From Lama guanicoe (lineage: Eukaryota), in assembly GCA_013239625.1 (NCBI GenBank), contig MU053431.1, positions 1,452,485 through 1,516,484 on the forward strand: a stretch of 64,000 nucleotides of DNA, given 5' to 3'. This document shows, one piece after another, positions 12,801 through 23,599 of this stretch. Both the position numbers and the translations under genes were made by a program. The number at the start of each line of letters is the position of its first letter. Position 1 is the stretch's first letter. The notes below the pieces were generated by a model. That model ran no database searches and had not been told where the DNA came from. It worked only from the letters and a program-made list of their open reading frames with translations.

Positions 12801-15800
12801 AGGACGACGTCCCCGAGAAGGCTGATGGCGATGTGGTGGACGCCGTGCCGGAGGCGCAGGACACCGTGCAGGTCATTCCAGGCAGCAAGCTGCTCTGGAG
12901 GGTCAACACCCGGCCCCCTAACTCCGCGCAGGTGCGTGCCCCGCCCCCCTCCCCGCCTGCCAGCTGCCTCGGGCCATCGTCCCAGAGCAGAGAGTCCCTT
13001 GTAACCTGGGGGCTCCCTGCCCTCACAGAGCCAGGTCCTGACCCCGCCCAACGCATCACGGTGACACTCGGCCCATGCACACACCACAGTACCCGCGCCA
13101 CACTGCGTGCCCTGGGTCTACACTGGCAGCACCTGACCGAAATAGTTTCCAAATTGATTTTGAGGATATCTCTCTGACTTGTCTATTTAGGTGCTTAAAT
13201 ACATTTTGATACTTATTTTGGAAAATTGCGCTTATAATTTGGGTTACATCTAATACATTTGTTATATTACATACAATGATGTAGAATATGTAAAAATAAT
13301 GCAATGATTGAATATAATAACGTGTAATGAATTACACGTTATTTTAGTGTGTAAGTTGTATGTTGTTTGTATATATAATACATATACAACGTACGTTAAA
13401 TTTTTCTTATATCACATCCTATAAGCAAAGCACAGTGTGTAAAATAAAGGAAACAAAATGAAACATTCACCGATAAATACGTTACCTCAGCACAGCCACT
13501 GTTGTAACTTTAGTAGAATACAAGATAGTATAAAATAATAGGGAAAAAAAGCTGATGTTGAAAAATGGCGCTCCATCCCTTGGCTCTGCGAGTATTTACT
13601 GAGTCGGCGCGAGTGGGCCCAGTCGCTGGGGGCGGGACAAGCAGAGAAGAGGCAGGTGAGGACCCAGCCCCCGGCCCCACAGGGAGGCCGGGCCGTTAGG
13701 AGGTGCCTGGGGAGCAGGCCGGCGTGGGGCCTGGGGTGCTGGCGTCAGTGCTGATGGAGTGGCAGGTGGGCCTCCTTGGGACGGGGAGACGTTGAGCAAG
13801 GACCTGGGGGGGCAGGGCGGACCGTGTGGCTACTGGGCCTTGGTCGGGCAGAGGGGGCGGCCGGGGCCCAAGCAGGAGCTCCACTGTCCGTGGGGCACCA
13901 TGGGGTCATTTGAGCAGCGAGGGGACCCGTGGGCAAGAACAGAAGGGGGCGTCCAGGGGGAGGCGGGTCCCAGGGTCCCGGCTGTCAGAGGTGCTGAGTT
14001 TGTTTCTCTCAGACACCACAGGAGACTGAGCAGACAGCCGTGCAGACTGCAAGTCAGGGTGCGGGTCTGGGCAACCTAAGAAGGGAGACCCCCCAGGGGT
14101 TGGAGGGGAGCCCCCAGAGCCAACCCAGCAAGCACATGTCCTGCCCTGGGCGACCTTGACAGGAGCACCTCCAGTGACCCAGTGATGCTCACTGCTTTGA
14201 AGAGGTTCAGAGTGTCTGTGGCTTCGAGTTGTGAGCGGTGCACAGAAGAGGGCACCGTTGATGGCGACACCCCTGTCCCTGTCCCTGCAGATGTATAACT
14301 TCACCAGCTTCACGGTCAGCCTCAACGAGCTGCACACAGGCATGGAGAAGATCCTGGCGCCCACAGACTGCCGCCTGCGCCCCGACATCCGAGGGATGGA
14401 GAACGGCAACATGGGTGCGTCTCCGGCAGGGGCGGGCGTGTGCGTGGCGGGGCGGGGGAGCCGGGGCGCCCAGGCCTGGCTGAACCTGCAGATGCAGGAA
14501 GAGGGATGCAGTTGGTTCAACTAAACAAGCAAGCGTTAGACCTTCTAGGACAGTGCTGCCCGGATGCCTGTGGCGAACGAGAAAATGCCTAGCCTGGCCC
14601 AGACCAGTCCTCTTATAAATAAGATTGCATTACTAGAAACATGGAATGAAAATGAATACCTACAAGATCCAAGTCTCCTATTTTCTTTGTAGGTTCGATA
14701 GAGAATAAGGTGATATTTCAAAAACCAGACATGTTATTTAAAAGCCATGCAGCATGTGAGCAACAGGGGATTCAGGGCCACCGACTGTTATGTATAAAAG
14801 GAGCAACAAGGGCGCATCGAGCAGCACAGGGCGTGCAGCCAGCGCCTTGCGATCATTACAAGTGGAGCGTGACCTTTAGCAACTGCGCATCAGTGTATTG
14901 TCCACTGTAACTTACATATGAGAAAAGAAAGGAAAAAGGAAAATGACGACTCAGGTTGAACTGAGGAGTGAAGGGGAAAGAAAGGGGAATACACTGGTTT
15001 GTGGCTTACAGCCCCCAGGGTGGAGTTAATGATTCTGTTTAAACAGACGCAGATTGAAGGTTTTGTTTTAAGTTCCGGTTTTAACGATAACCTTTAGATC
15101 AAAAATAAAGAGTTTTCCAAGTATTAGAATAAACACACGTTCAAATAAAAAGGTCACGCATCAGGGAAGCCCCTGATCCGGTCAGCCCCGGGGCTGTGAC
15201 AGATGCTGGTCCCACGCTGGCCCCTCTCTGCGAGGACGCTGACCGGCCGGGGGCCCCTGTGCTTGCTTCCTGCACGTGGCTTGCCGTCGGCCAGGCCAGG
15301 CGCCACATCTGTCGTGTGACCGGGGTGTGTCCCGGTGGCTCCAGTAAAGGAAGTGCTTGTGGAGGAGGCTGATGGGTGGCTCCCCGCTCCTTCCAGTGAG
15401 GCCGGTGGTGCCTCGGGAACCAGCACAGCAGTGCCCCCCAGGGTCGAAGGTCCGGTGGCCCGTCATCCCTGAGGGTGGTGGCCCTGCGCTGTGCCCCGGG
15501 GGTCACCACAGGCGCCGCCCCGAGGGGAGACAGGCCGCCGAGCCGCCCACCTGCCCTTGGTGTCCAGGAACGCACTACCCGTCCAGCCCGCTGTGCCGAG
15601 GTCTGGGCCTCGCCGCGTCCTGCTCTCAGGCCTGGTTTCCTGTGACGGAATTTACGTCTGTGGTTTCTTCCCCTAAGTGCGGCTTCTCACCTGGGGTCGG
15701 AGAGGGGTCCCGTGTGTGCTGTCTCAGCCCCCGGCCTGCTCGACGTGCACCCGACATGCCTGCCACCTGAGTCCTCACCCTGACCCTGTGCTTGCGCCCT

Positions 15801-16345
15801 AGACCTGGCAAGCCAAGAGAAGGAGCGGCTGGAGGAGAAGCAGAGGGAGGCCCGGCGGGAGCGGGCCAGGGAGGAGGCCGAGTGGCAGACGCGGTGAGGC
15901 ACCCATTGGCCACGGGCGGGGAGGGGCATGGACACCTACTCACCCGGGGGGCGTGAGGGGGCCCACACCCCCCACCTGGGGCAGAGATGGGGGCCCACAC
16001 CACCCCCCCACCTGGGGCAGAGGGGGGTCCACATAACCCCCCCACCTGGGGCAGAGGGGGGCCCACACCCCCCCCACCTGGGGCAGAGGGGGGTCCACAT
16101 AACCCCCCCACCTGGGGCAGAGGGGGGCCCACACCCACCCTGGTGCTGCCTACCTAGAGGGGTCACACTGAGCTGAAGAAAAGACCAACGGCCATGTGTC
16201 CCTGTGTCCGCTGGCTTGCTGACCACCTCCTCTGTGTCGCAGGTGGTTTCACCGAGGCAGTAACCCTTATACCGGGACCCCCGACTGGCTGTACACAGGG
16301 GGCTACTTTGAGCGGGATTTCTCAGGCTGCCCAGACATCTACTGA
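849..16345 (+). CDS. OSBPL2: Oxysterol-binding protein-related protein 2 (ORP2), 5'-partial; 11 coding exons
   Basis: AG/GT-bounded exons at 849-924, 3959-4093, 4701-4798, 6937-7119, 8643-8750, 9380-9469, 11176-11299, 12803-12931, 14291-14414, 15803-15893 and 16243-16345 (TGA). Phases join without frameshift (1261 nt). Translation (R)[45 protein letters not shown]...[12 protein letters not shown]...EQVSHHPP (OSBP signature)...[14 protein letters not shown]...[13 protein letters not shown] matches ORP2. About 60 N-terminal residues lie upstream of the window. Confidence 0.97.
9095..9355 (-). mobile_element. Old L1 (L1MB-like) 3' end, antisense
   Basis: TTTAACAGCTTCGTTGAGATATAATTTATGTATCATACAATCCACCCACTTAAAGTG...CCATCACC... 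resembles the reverse complement of an L1MB 3' terminus (recalled consensus). Confidence 0.75.
12306..12461. other. Assembly gap (156 N) in an OSBPL2 intron
   Basis: Run of N. No coding exon is missing, because the flanking exons join in frame. Confidence 0.99.
14765..14935 (+). mobile_element. Degenerate L1 3' end fragment
   Basis: ...TATGTATAAAAGGAGCAACAAGG...AGCACAGGG...AGTGGAG...TGTAACTTACATAT followed by an A-rich tail; resembles L1MA/laurasiatherian L1 termini. Confidence 0.55.
15941..16142. repeat. GC-rich minisatellite, ~6 units of 32-36 bp, in the last OSBPL2 intron
   Basis: Unit CACCTGGGGCAGAGGGGGG(T/C)CCACA(TAA)CCCCCC, with two alternating variants. Confidence 0.92.
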
Positions 16346-17510
16346 GGGGCTGGACCGACCCCCGGACCCGAGACTGAGAGGCTGGCCTCTGTCGAGCGGC
16401 TGCTCTGACCTTCGGTCATGGCAGAAACCAGCTTTTCCAAGGGCTGTTCGTGGAGATAGCACTGTCCCTGGTTGAGGATTTAATTCTAATTAACTATTGA
16501 TTGCCAAACATTTTACTACTGTTGCAGTCTCTTCATAAAGCTTCACTTGGGATCATCATATTTCCATTAAGGTTTGAAAAGGAAAATTCTTACAGCTCCC
16601 TTTCATGTGACAGAGGCCGGCTGGGCTCGCTTAGCTTACAGCACCCTCTTAATTATTAAAGTTATAACTGAAGGAAGTAGCAGGCAGGGGTCCACATTCC
16701 TCCTTGCCATGCAGCGACAGAGGGCTTCTGAAAGCGTTTGAATGTGAAGCAGTAACAGGAAAAGATGGATCCTAACCCTGCACGCAGCTTCACAAAGGCT
16801 GGGAGTCGCTGTCTAAATTGTGGTGACCCCAAAGTGAAGGTTTTCAAAGCGTCAGATTGAAAGAAATGAAAAGTTGTCAGAGTCTGTATTTTTTACCAGT
16901 CTTCAATAATGTAAAGATTACTTTTAAAATATTTAAGTTAAAACTGCTTGAATAGTATTTTGCTGAAGAGCAAGGTACGTGTTAATCACCACTCGTACAC
17001 TGTCCAAAATGAAGCGTTACCACGACAACCGAGGGTGGCCCGCTACACCGAGTCCTTGACCGAAGGTCCCCAGCCGGCTCCCGACCCTGAAGGGAGCCCG
17101 CCTCCGGCCATGGCTGCCCCTCTTGTCACCGGGGCCCCAGTCCCCGCAGGCCATGCCCCGCCACAAGCAGGAGTCCTCGCTCACGTCCACCTGTCCCCAC
17201 GGCCCTCGTGGCCCCGTCTCCCCAGCATGCACGTATGGAACACACGGGCCTGGGCCGGGCACCGGGGGAGGGCCGAGCGGATTGCATCCGGCTGTGCCGT
17301 CCGTCTCTGCACGGTCTGCGCCCAGTGATCGACCTCTGTCTGCAGACAAGCCAGCCCCGTCCACGCTAGAGCTCTTTGAATGGAAGACAGTCTCACGCAT
17401 GTGCACATGCAGTTGTGTGGAGCGGTGGGTTCTCAGCGAGAGGGTGTCGTCATTGTGTGTCCAAGCTCCAAAACCACATTTGTAATTAAAACACTTTGAA
17501 AAGTGAATCC
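16346..17510 (+). other. OSBPL2: OSBPL2 3' UTR (end approximate)
   Basis: Follows the stop codon and contains AT-rich blocks. Candidate ATTAAA poly(A) signals at 16655-16660 and 17485-17490; the actual cleavage site cannot be determined from sequence. Confidence 0.55.
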
Positions 17511-20500
17511 TTGTTCTGAAGGCTGATTCTGTCCCTTTGGAGACCAGGAGCGTGGTGTGGTGTCAAATCTGGGAGCATGTACCCAATGGGACCTGCACGG
17601 GTGGCTGGCGACCGGCAGAGGCCTCCGAGGACACGTGGTTTGACATTACGCAGAGAGGAGATGTTGAGACACCTGGGCGCTAGGATGGGAGCTGCCAGCC
17701 TCTGAGTGGGGAGACGCAGCCAAGCCAGCCTCCTGCAGGAAGGGGTGAGCCAGGGGTGCCGAGGGGGCAGCGCAGGACACGTCTCCAACAGCTTGGCAGC
17801 TTCCGTGGATCCTGTTTTTCGGCACCTCCAGGAATTTGTCGTCTGGCTTGCATCTCTGGGTCCTCCCTGAGGTCAGGTTCCAGAGTGTGGCTGGTTCAAG
17901 AGTCAAAGGAGAAAGGGCAGGACGGCTGTGGACACGGAAGCTCGGCCATTACGGTTCTAAGAAAGTTTCTCCATGGAAGATGCTCTTTAAAGGACGCCCA
18001 CCCACAACAGGCGTGTTTGGCCCATGTGGGAAGTGGTGGCCTTGCTATTGGCCCCCATTGTGACTGTGGCTTTGACAAAGGGCCTGGGGGCTCTTTAGAG
18101 CCATCCTGTAACTCAGGACATCCTTAGGGGGTAAAAAGCAGAGCACACTTTTCCCAAGGAACTTCATGTTTTGGTTGTACTCCTTTGAAGGTGGGATTCA
18201 GTTACATGTCCACTGATTCAGTGGACACTTACCGCGAACCATTGGGGGGGTCAGCCATGCGAGGCAGACATGTCAGAGCACATTTCATGGAAATGTGAGT
18301 GTTAGGCACATGCTGGTGCTGGCTGGATTTAACAGGCCGCCTGGCGTCTGGTCATGGCTCGGTTGCTGGGCCACATAGGTCTGGCCCAGGAGGGGCACTG
18401 TTCTCCGGGTGGGGTCAAGGGTCAGGGCATCACCGGCACCGGTGGGCTCCTTGCTTGGGCATGGCCCCATGACGAGAAGGTCGCAGAGAAGCAGGCCCTG
18501 GCCCTCACCACTTCACCGCGCTTCGCTACAAAAGCCAGAACCCTGCAAGTTACCTCTGGGCTCTGAGGGGCACAGGAGAGGTGTCCCTGCTTCTCTGCAG
18601 GATCACAGGTCTTGCCGGGTGGCGGCCGAATGTGACCGTGTGTTACCACAGCTGCCACAGAGACACGGAAGCCTGAAGTGGCCCCAGGCAGGTTTTCCTG
18701 GCCACCGTCTCCCTTTCAGACTGTCCCCAAAGCTCATGATGCCTGTGTTCTGAAAGGATCTGCCCGGCACACAATCTGGGGCGAGGAGACAATGTGGGCC
18801 CAGCAGGCCCAGCACTCGGAGAAGCACCAAGCGCAGCACTGGTGGCTGTGGGGAGCCCTGGGCTGGCCCCGGGCCGAGGCCACCAGCCACTTGTCAAGTG
18901 AATTCAGAGCTACACTGCTGGGGAGGCATTAACCACAAGCACAGGCGACATGCCACCTGCTTGCTGGGTCCCCATCAGGACACAGGTCAGGAAATCAGAG
19001 CAGGAGGAGAGAAAGGCCGGGAGTCTCCCCGAGAGCCAGCCAGCCCTCCCATCACCCCAGCGAGAAGCTTCCTCGCAGAACTCCTGCTCCTGGGGAAAGT
19101 GCTCCCCACAGAGAGGGAGATTCACAAGGCCCACGTCTCCACGAGGAACAGCGAAACGAAGAAACGGTGTACAATGCTGGTAAGCTTCCCCGAATCAGAC
19201 GCCCCAGCGCCCTCGCCCTGCTAAGCTGCGCGGCCGGGGGGAGGGCGCAGCACCTGCAGAGCCGTCTCCTGCTTGGAACTGACGCCTGGCCGCACAGGCG
19301 CGTTCTGTCGGCAGAAAGGTCTCCCTAGTCCTGGCGTCTCCTGTCTCAACATGGAGACCTCCAGACACCTTCCAGAGCACCCTTCTGTGTCCACAGTGGG
19401 CATGAAGACTGGGGGCCTCCAATCACAGAGCCCGTGCACGTGCCCGCAGCACGTCGGCGGGCCTCGCCGCCTCCCACGTTCTGCCTGTGAGGGTTTTGCA
19501 GAGTGAAAATGCCATCTCGGTGTCTCTTGGTGCGAGTTGCCGGGACACACTGCTCCTTTGCCTCTTTGGGAACCGACTGTCCTGGGCCAGACGTTTAGGG
19601 AAGGGCTACCCGGTCTCCGCGGAGGATGACCGTGCAGACGGGAGCCTCCCTCCATTGCTGTGCGTGTGCTGGGCTGGTCTCCACTGCACGGTTCAGCCTG
19701 CCAGCACTACACGAAGTGTCAGGCAAGAAGGGATGCTGGTGAATGGGGATTGATCTGAACGCTTTGACGATCTGTAGTAACGGTCAATATTCATCTGTAT
19801 TCTCAGATTCTTTTGGGGGACTGGACAGAACCGTGGAGAGAAGTCTTAAACCCGAGCTCAGAATAAAGATTCTTTGAAAATGGGCGGTAGCTGACATTTG
19901 TCTTGCACTGAACAATTTTCCACCATCTCGGTGACCCCGGCCCCTCTGGGAAGGACTGCGCGTGGGCTGTGGACATGTCCTCGAGCCACAGCATCAGGCG
20001 TTTGGCCTGTGTGTCCTGTAGGACTGGCCCAGCGGACGGGACGGATTGTTTCAGAAGACTGCTCATTACAGCAGAGGGGATTCGGGGACACCTGGGACAC
20101 TGTCAGGTGGTCCCCGTGAAGGATGAAGAGGTCGGGGCTGTCTGAGCCGCCGGCAGCCCTGACTGACCATCTGTCTCTCTCCTGGGGCTCGGACCCCATG
20201 GCTGGAAGCAGGAAATGCCCAGAATGAGGTGTGAGTGACTCCGGGTCCCTGTGCCCCACCGCTGCCCTTGGCGCCCAGAAGCTGTGTGCTTCGCAGGAGG
20301 CACTGTTCCCAGCAGCCACGGTGGCTCCGGGCAAAGGGACAGACAGTCCACGCAGCTGTAATGCCCTCGGCAGGCCCAGGTGCATGGATGCGGGGCTCCG
20401 CTGTGTCTGATGCTGGGAGCACAGAGTCCTGAGCCCTGACAGAGCCCGGGTCTGGTGTCCTGGGTGCTTAATCCCCACAATTACCATCCAGTCCAACCCA

Positions 20501-20699
20501 CTGAGGAGGAAAGCGTGGCTCGCCTGAGCTTCACAGCAGGTGAGTGGAATCCAGCCCCCCCATTCAGGGACGCTCGCCCTGCGTGCAGCTGACAAGCTCA
20601 CACCATCTCGTAACCGCCAGCACGGTCACGCGCAGTTAGGTGACGAGCGTTTCGAGACCACTCCCGGGGGGGAAGGACTGTCTCCTCCACAAGTGTGCA

Positions 20700-22062
20700 G
20701 GGACCCGGGTGTCCCCGCGCGGAGGGACGGCGCTGAGCCGACCTCGCGTACGAAAGCAAACGGCAGCTGGCTCAAAATGCGTCGAAGATCTAAGTGTGAG
20801 ACCTGAACAGTAAAACTCTCACAAGAACATGGGGCACAAACCCCCAAGCTGGAATCTGGCAGCAGTTCCTTGGCTGTGACACCAAAGGCACAAACAACAA
20901 CAACAAAACAGACAGATGGGACGGCATGAAAAGCTAAGCATTTTCTGTGCTTCAGGCATGATCATCAGAGTGAAAAGGCAGCCCCAGGACGGGAGAAAAT
21001 GTTTGGAAACCGTGCATCTGCTACCAGATTAATAGCCAGGATATATAGCGTCCTCCTCAAATTCAGTAACAGCAGCAGCAATAAAAAACCAACCTGACTC
21101 AAAACTGAGCGAGACGGGGAGCCGGCGTGCAGCGGCAGAGCGCGTGCTTGCCGCGCCCGGGGTCCTGGGTTCAGGCCCCAGTACTTACATCAAAAAAAAA
21201 AAAAAAAGCAAGAGCTTACCAAACACTTCTCCGAAGAAGACACACATGTGGCCAACATGCACATGGAAGCATGCTCAGCTTCATGAATCATCAGAGACGA
21301 AAACCGAAATGAGAGGCCACCGCACACACGTTAAGGTGGCTACTGTCAAAAAGACAGAAAACAGAAATACAGAAGGCCACCCAGAAAGCAGCAGGCTTCG
21401 GCGAGCATGTGGAGCAACAGGAGCAATTGCGCGCTGCTGGCGGGAACGAAACGACGACAGCCACTGTGGCCAGCAGAATGGTGGTTCCTCAAAAAATTAA
21501 AGACAGAACTACCACGTGACCCAGCAACTCCATGTGAGTGTTTACTCAAAAGAATTGAAAGCAGGGTCTTGAAGAGACATCTGTGCGCTCGCGTCCACAG
21601 CCGCATCATTCAGCTGAATCGTGGAAGCAGCCCCAGCGCCCACGCTGAGGGCTGGACAAGCAAACTGCGGTCTGTGCGCACATGCCGCGGGAGGGTACTC
21701 AGCCTTAAAAGGGAAGGAAGTTCTGACCCAGGCCACAGTACGCATGAAACGTGAGGACGCTGTGCTGAGTGAAGAAAGCAGTCACACAAGGACACAGCCT
21801 GTGTCAGCTCCTGTATGTGCGGTGCCGAGAGCCGTCAGGTTCACAGAGGCAGAAGGCAGGTGGTGCCGGGAGGGCTGGGTGTGGGGAGCTGGTGTTGAAG
21901 GGACGGAGCTTCAGTTCTACAAGATGAAAAGCGTCTGAAGATGGACGGTGGTGACGGTTTCCCAACACTATGAACGTATTTGCTACCACTGAACTCGACA
22001 CTTAAAAGTGATTGAGGCGGTAAATTTTCTTTATGTGTATTTTACCACAATAGAAACAAATT
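20700..22062 (+). mobile_element. L1 (L1MB-like) ORF2 3' end plus 3' UTR, degenerate
   Basis: Recognisable L1 segments: CTCAAAATG..GATCTAAGTGTGAGACCTGAA..GTAAAACTC, TGACACCAAAGGCACAA, GTGAAAAGGCAGCCC, GTGGTTCCTCAAAAAATTAAAGACAGAACTACCACGTGACCCAGCAACTCC, and terminal TATGTGTATTTTACCACAAT. Confidence 0.88.
21116..21207 (+). mobile_element. Short tRNA-derived SINE (Vic-1-like) inserted in the L1
   Basis: GGGGAG...CAGCGGCAGAGCGCGTGCTT...GGTCCTGGGTTCAGGCCCCAGTAC plus an A16 tail. tRNA-Ala-like A/B boxes; interrupts an A-rich L1 site. Confidence 0.7.
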
Positions 22063-22159
22063 GGAAGACCATCATCAGTGGCTGGCAGGGGCTCCGGAGG
22101 AGGGAGGGCCGGGCAGGCAGGGCGCAGAGGGCGGCGCTGCGGGACGGAGGCGAGCCTTT

Positions 22160-22400
22160 CAGCGTTAGTCTCAGCCGTGGGGCTACGAGACCACGAGTGC
22201 ACCCAGATGTGAACCGCGGGCGACAGGACATGTCTGGGCGGGAGCCTGGATTACAGCCAGTGCATCGGTCTGGGGGTGTGGGTGGTGGGGAGGCTGTTGG
22301 AGGGGGCGTATGGGAACTCTGGGCTTTCTGCTCGGTTTTTGTGTGAACCTAAAATTGCTCTAAAAAAGAAAGTCTGGTATTTAAAAAAAAAAAAAAGAAA
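22160..22400 (+). mobile_element. L1MC-like 3' end
   Basis: GGGGGCGTATGGGAACTCT...TTTCTGCTCGGTTTTTGTGTGAACCTAAAATTGCTCTAAAAAAGAAAGTC followed by poly(A). Confidence 0.75.
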
Positions 22401-22409
22401 ACAACAAAA

Positions 22410-22630
22410 ACCACCTCCAAACCGTCCTCCCACATGGCTGTGCCGTTCTGTATTCCCAGCACCAAAGACTTCCCGGCTCTTGGCATTGTGCATTTTCTGG
22501 TGTTTTTAGCATTCCCATAGGTGTGTTTTAATTTGCATTTCCTTTATGAGTAGTGACATGGCCTTTCCGGCGTGTCTGGCCATGTGTACACCCTCCTCGT
22601 GAAACGTCTGGGCATGTTTTTTGCCGACTT
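22410..22630 (-). mobile_element. Old L1 fragment, antisense
   Basis: TGGCTGTGCCGTTCTGTATTCCCAGC...GTTTTAATTTGCATTTCCTTTATGAGTAGTGA...GGCCATGTGTA. Confidence 0.65.
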
Positions 22631-23164
22631 CCGTGTTGGACCCTCCTGAGCCCCACAGGCACCGCACACCCTGCCCTTCACTGGAGGGGGCTGGTGAGGC
22701 TCAGGAAGAGCTGCAGCGTCTGCTCTTTTGTTTTGCTGTGGCTGCCGGTGGTCAGGTGCACATGGCCAGGGTCACAGAGCCCACGGCTGGGGCGGGCACA
22801 CAGACTGACCTGCGTGATGCCCGGCCACCTGTATCTTGTTTCCTACTATTGATTTTCCATGGGAAGTATTGAAAGTGCATAAAGCTTGGGCATTTTTTGA
22901 GCCACCCCAGGACACAGGCTCCCTTGGCTTGAGGGGAGGAGGTGCTCATTTGGGGGCCCCTCCCAAGTCCCTGCCTTCAGGTATCTGGAAAGCTGGCTTC
23001 CCTGTGACCTCTGGGGGCAGCTTTTTAACTTTCCAAGACTGAACAAGTGGCCCCTGGCCTGCCGGCCTCTCTCTAGGGAAGCCAGATTGGGCTTTGTTTT
23101 CGTGCCCGGCTTCATGGAGCGCGGCACGCTGCAGTCTGCGGGCAGTGCACGTGCTCACACGCCG

Positions 23165-23405
23165 CAGCAGTGCTTTCCGTTGGCCCTTCCCCGCCTCGGT
23201 CTCTGGAGCCCTTTAGATCCTCAAAAATTACCAAGGACCTTTTGTGTAGGTGGGTTTTATCTGTGGGTAATTACCATATTAGAAATTTTAAAATATACAT
23301 TAACTAATTTAAAAAATAACAAACCCATTTCTTATTAACACAAAATAATATTCTTAAATGAAAAACAGCTATATTTTCCAAAACAAACAAACAAAAAAGA
23401 GTGAA
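23165..23405. mobile_element. hAT-Charlie-type DNA transposon relic
   Basis: CAGTGCTTTCC...CCCTTTAGATCCTCAAAAATTACCAAGGACC...GTGGGTTTTATCT...TTACCATATTAGAAATT...AAACCCATT...CTATATTTTCCAAAACAAA; subfamily not determined. Confidence 0.6.
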
Positions 23406-23599
23406 TCTTAGACCACAAGACAATGGATACAGAACTTGAGGTACTTTGTCCATTAGAATATTATTCAGGAGTGAAGATGAGTGAGTTAGAGCTATGAATA
23501 CCAACATGAATAAATCTTAGAAACGTTGAAAAGAAAGATTCTTTTCCCTTTTATACCGTTTATGAAAAGCTTGGTAAAAACTTCTACGTATGCATACGT

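Noticed and set aside
15941-16142. Minisatellite as a CRISPR-like array or CTCF array
   Set aside because: There are no unique spacers and the context is eukaryotic; the CTCF resemblance is only partial.
17520-20690. Hidden gene between OSBPL2 and ADRM1
   Set aside because: No coherent exon chain, recognisable domain or RNA-gene motif was seen; a lncRNA cannot be excluded from sequence alone.
21116-21190. Functional tRNA-Ala gene
   Set aside because: Degenerate stems and boxes, a poly(A) tail and insertion into an L1 indicate a SINE.
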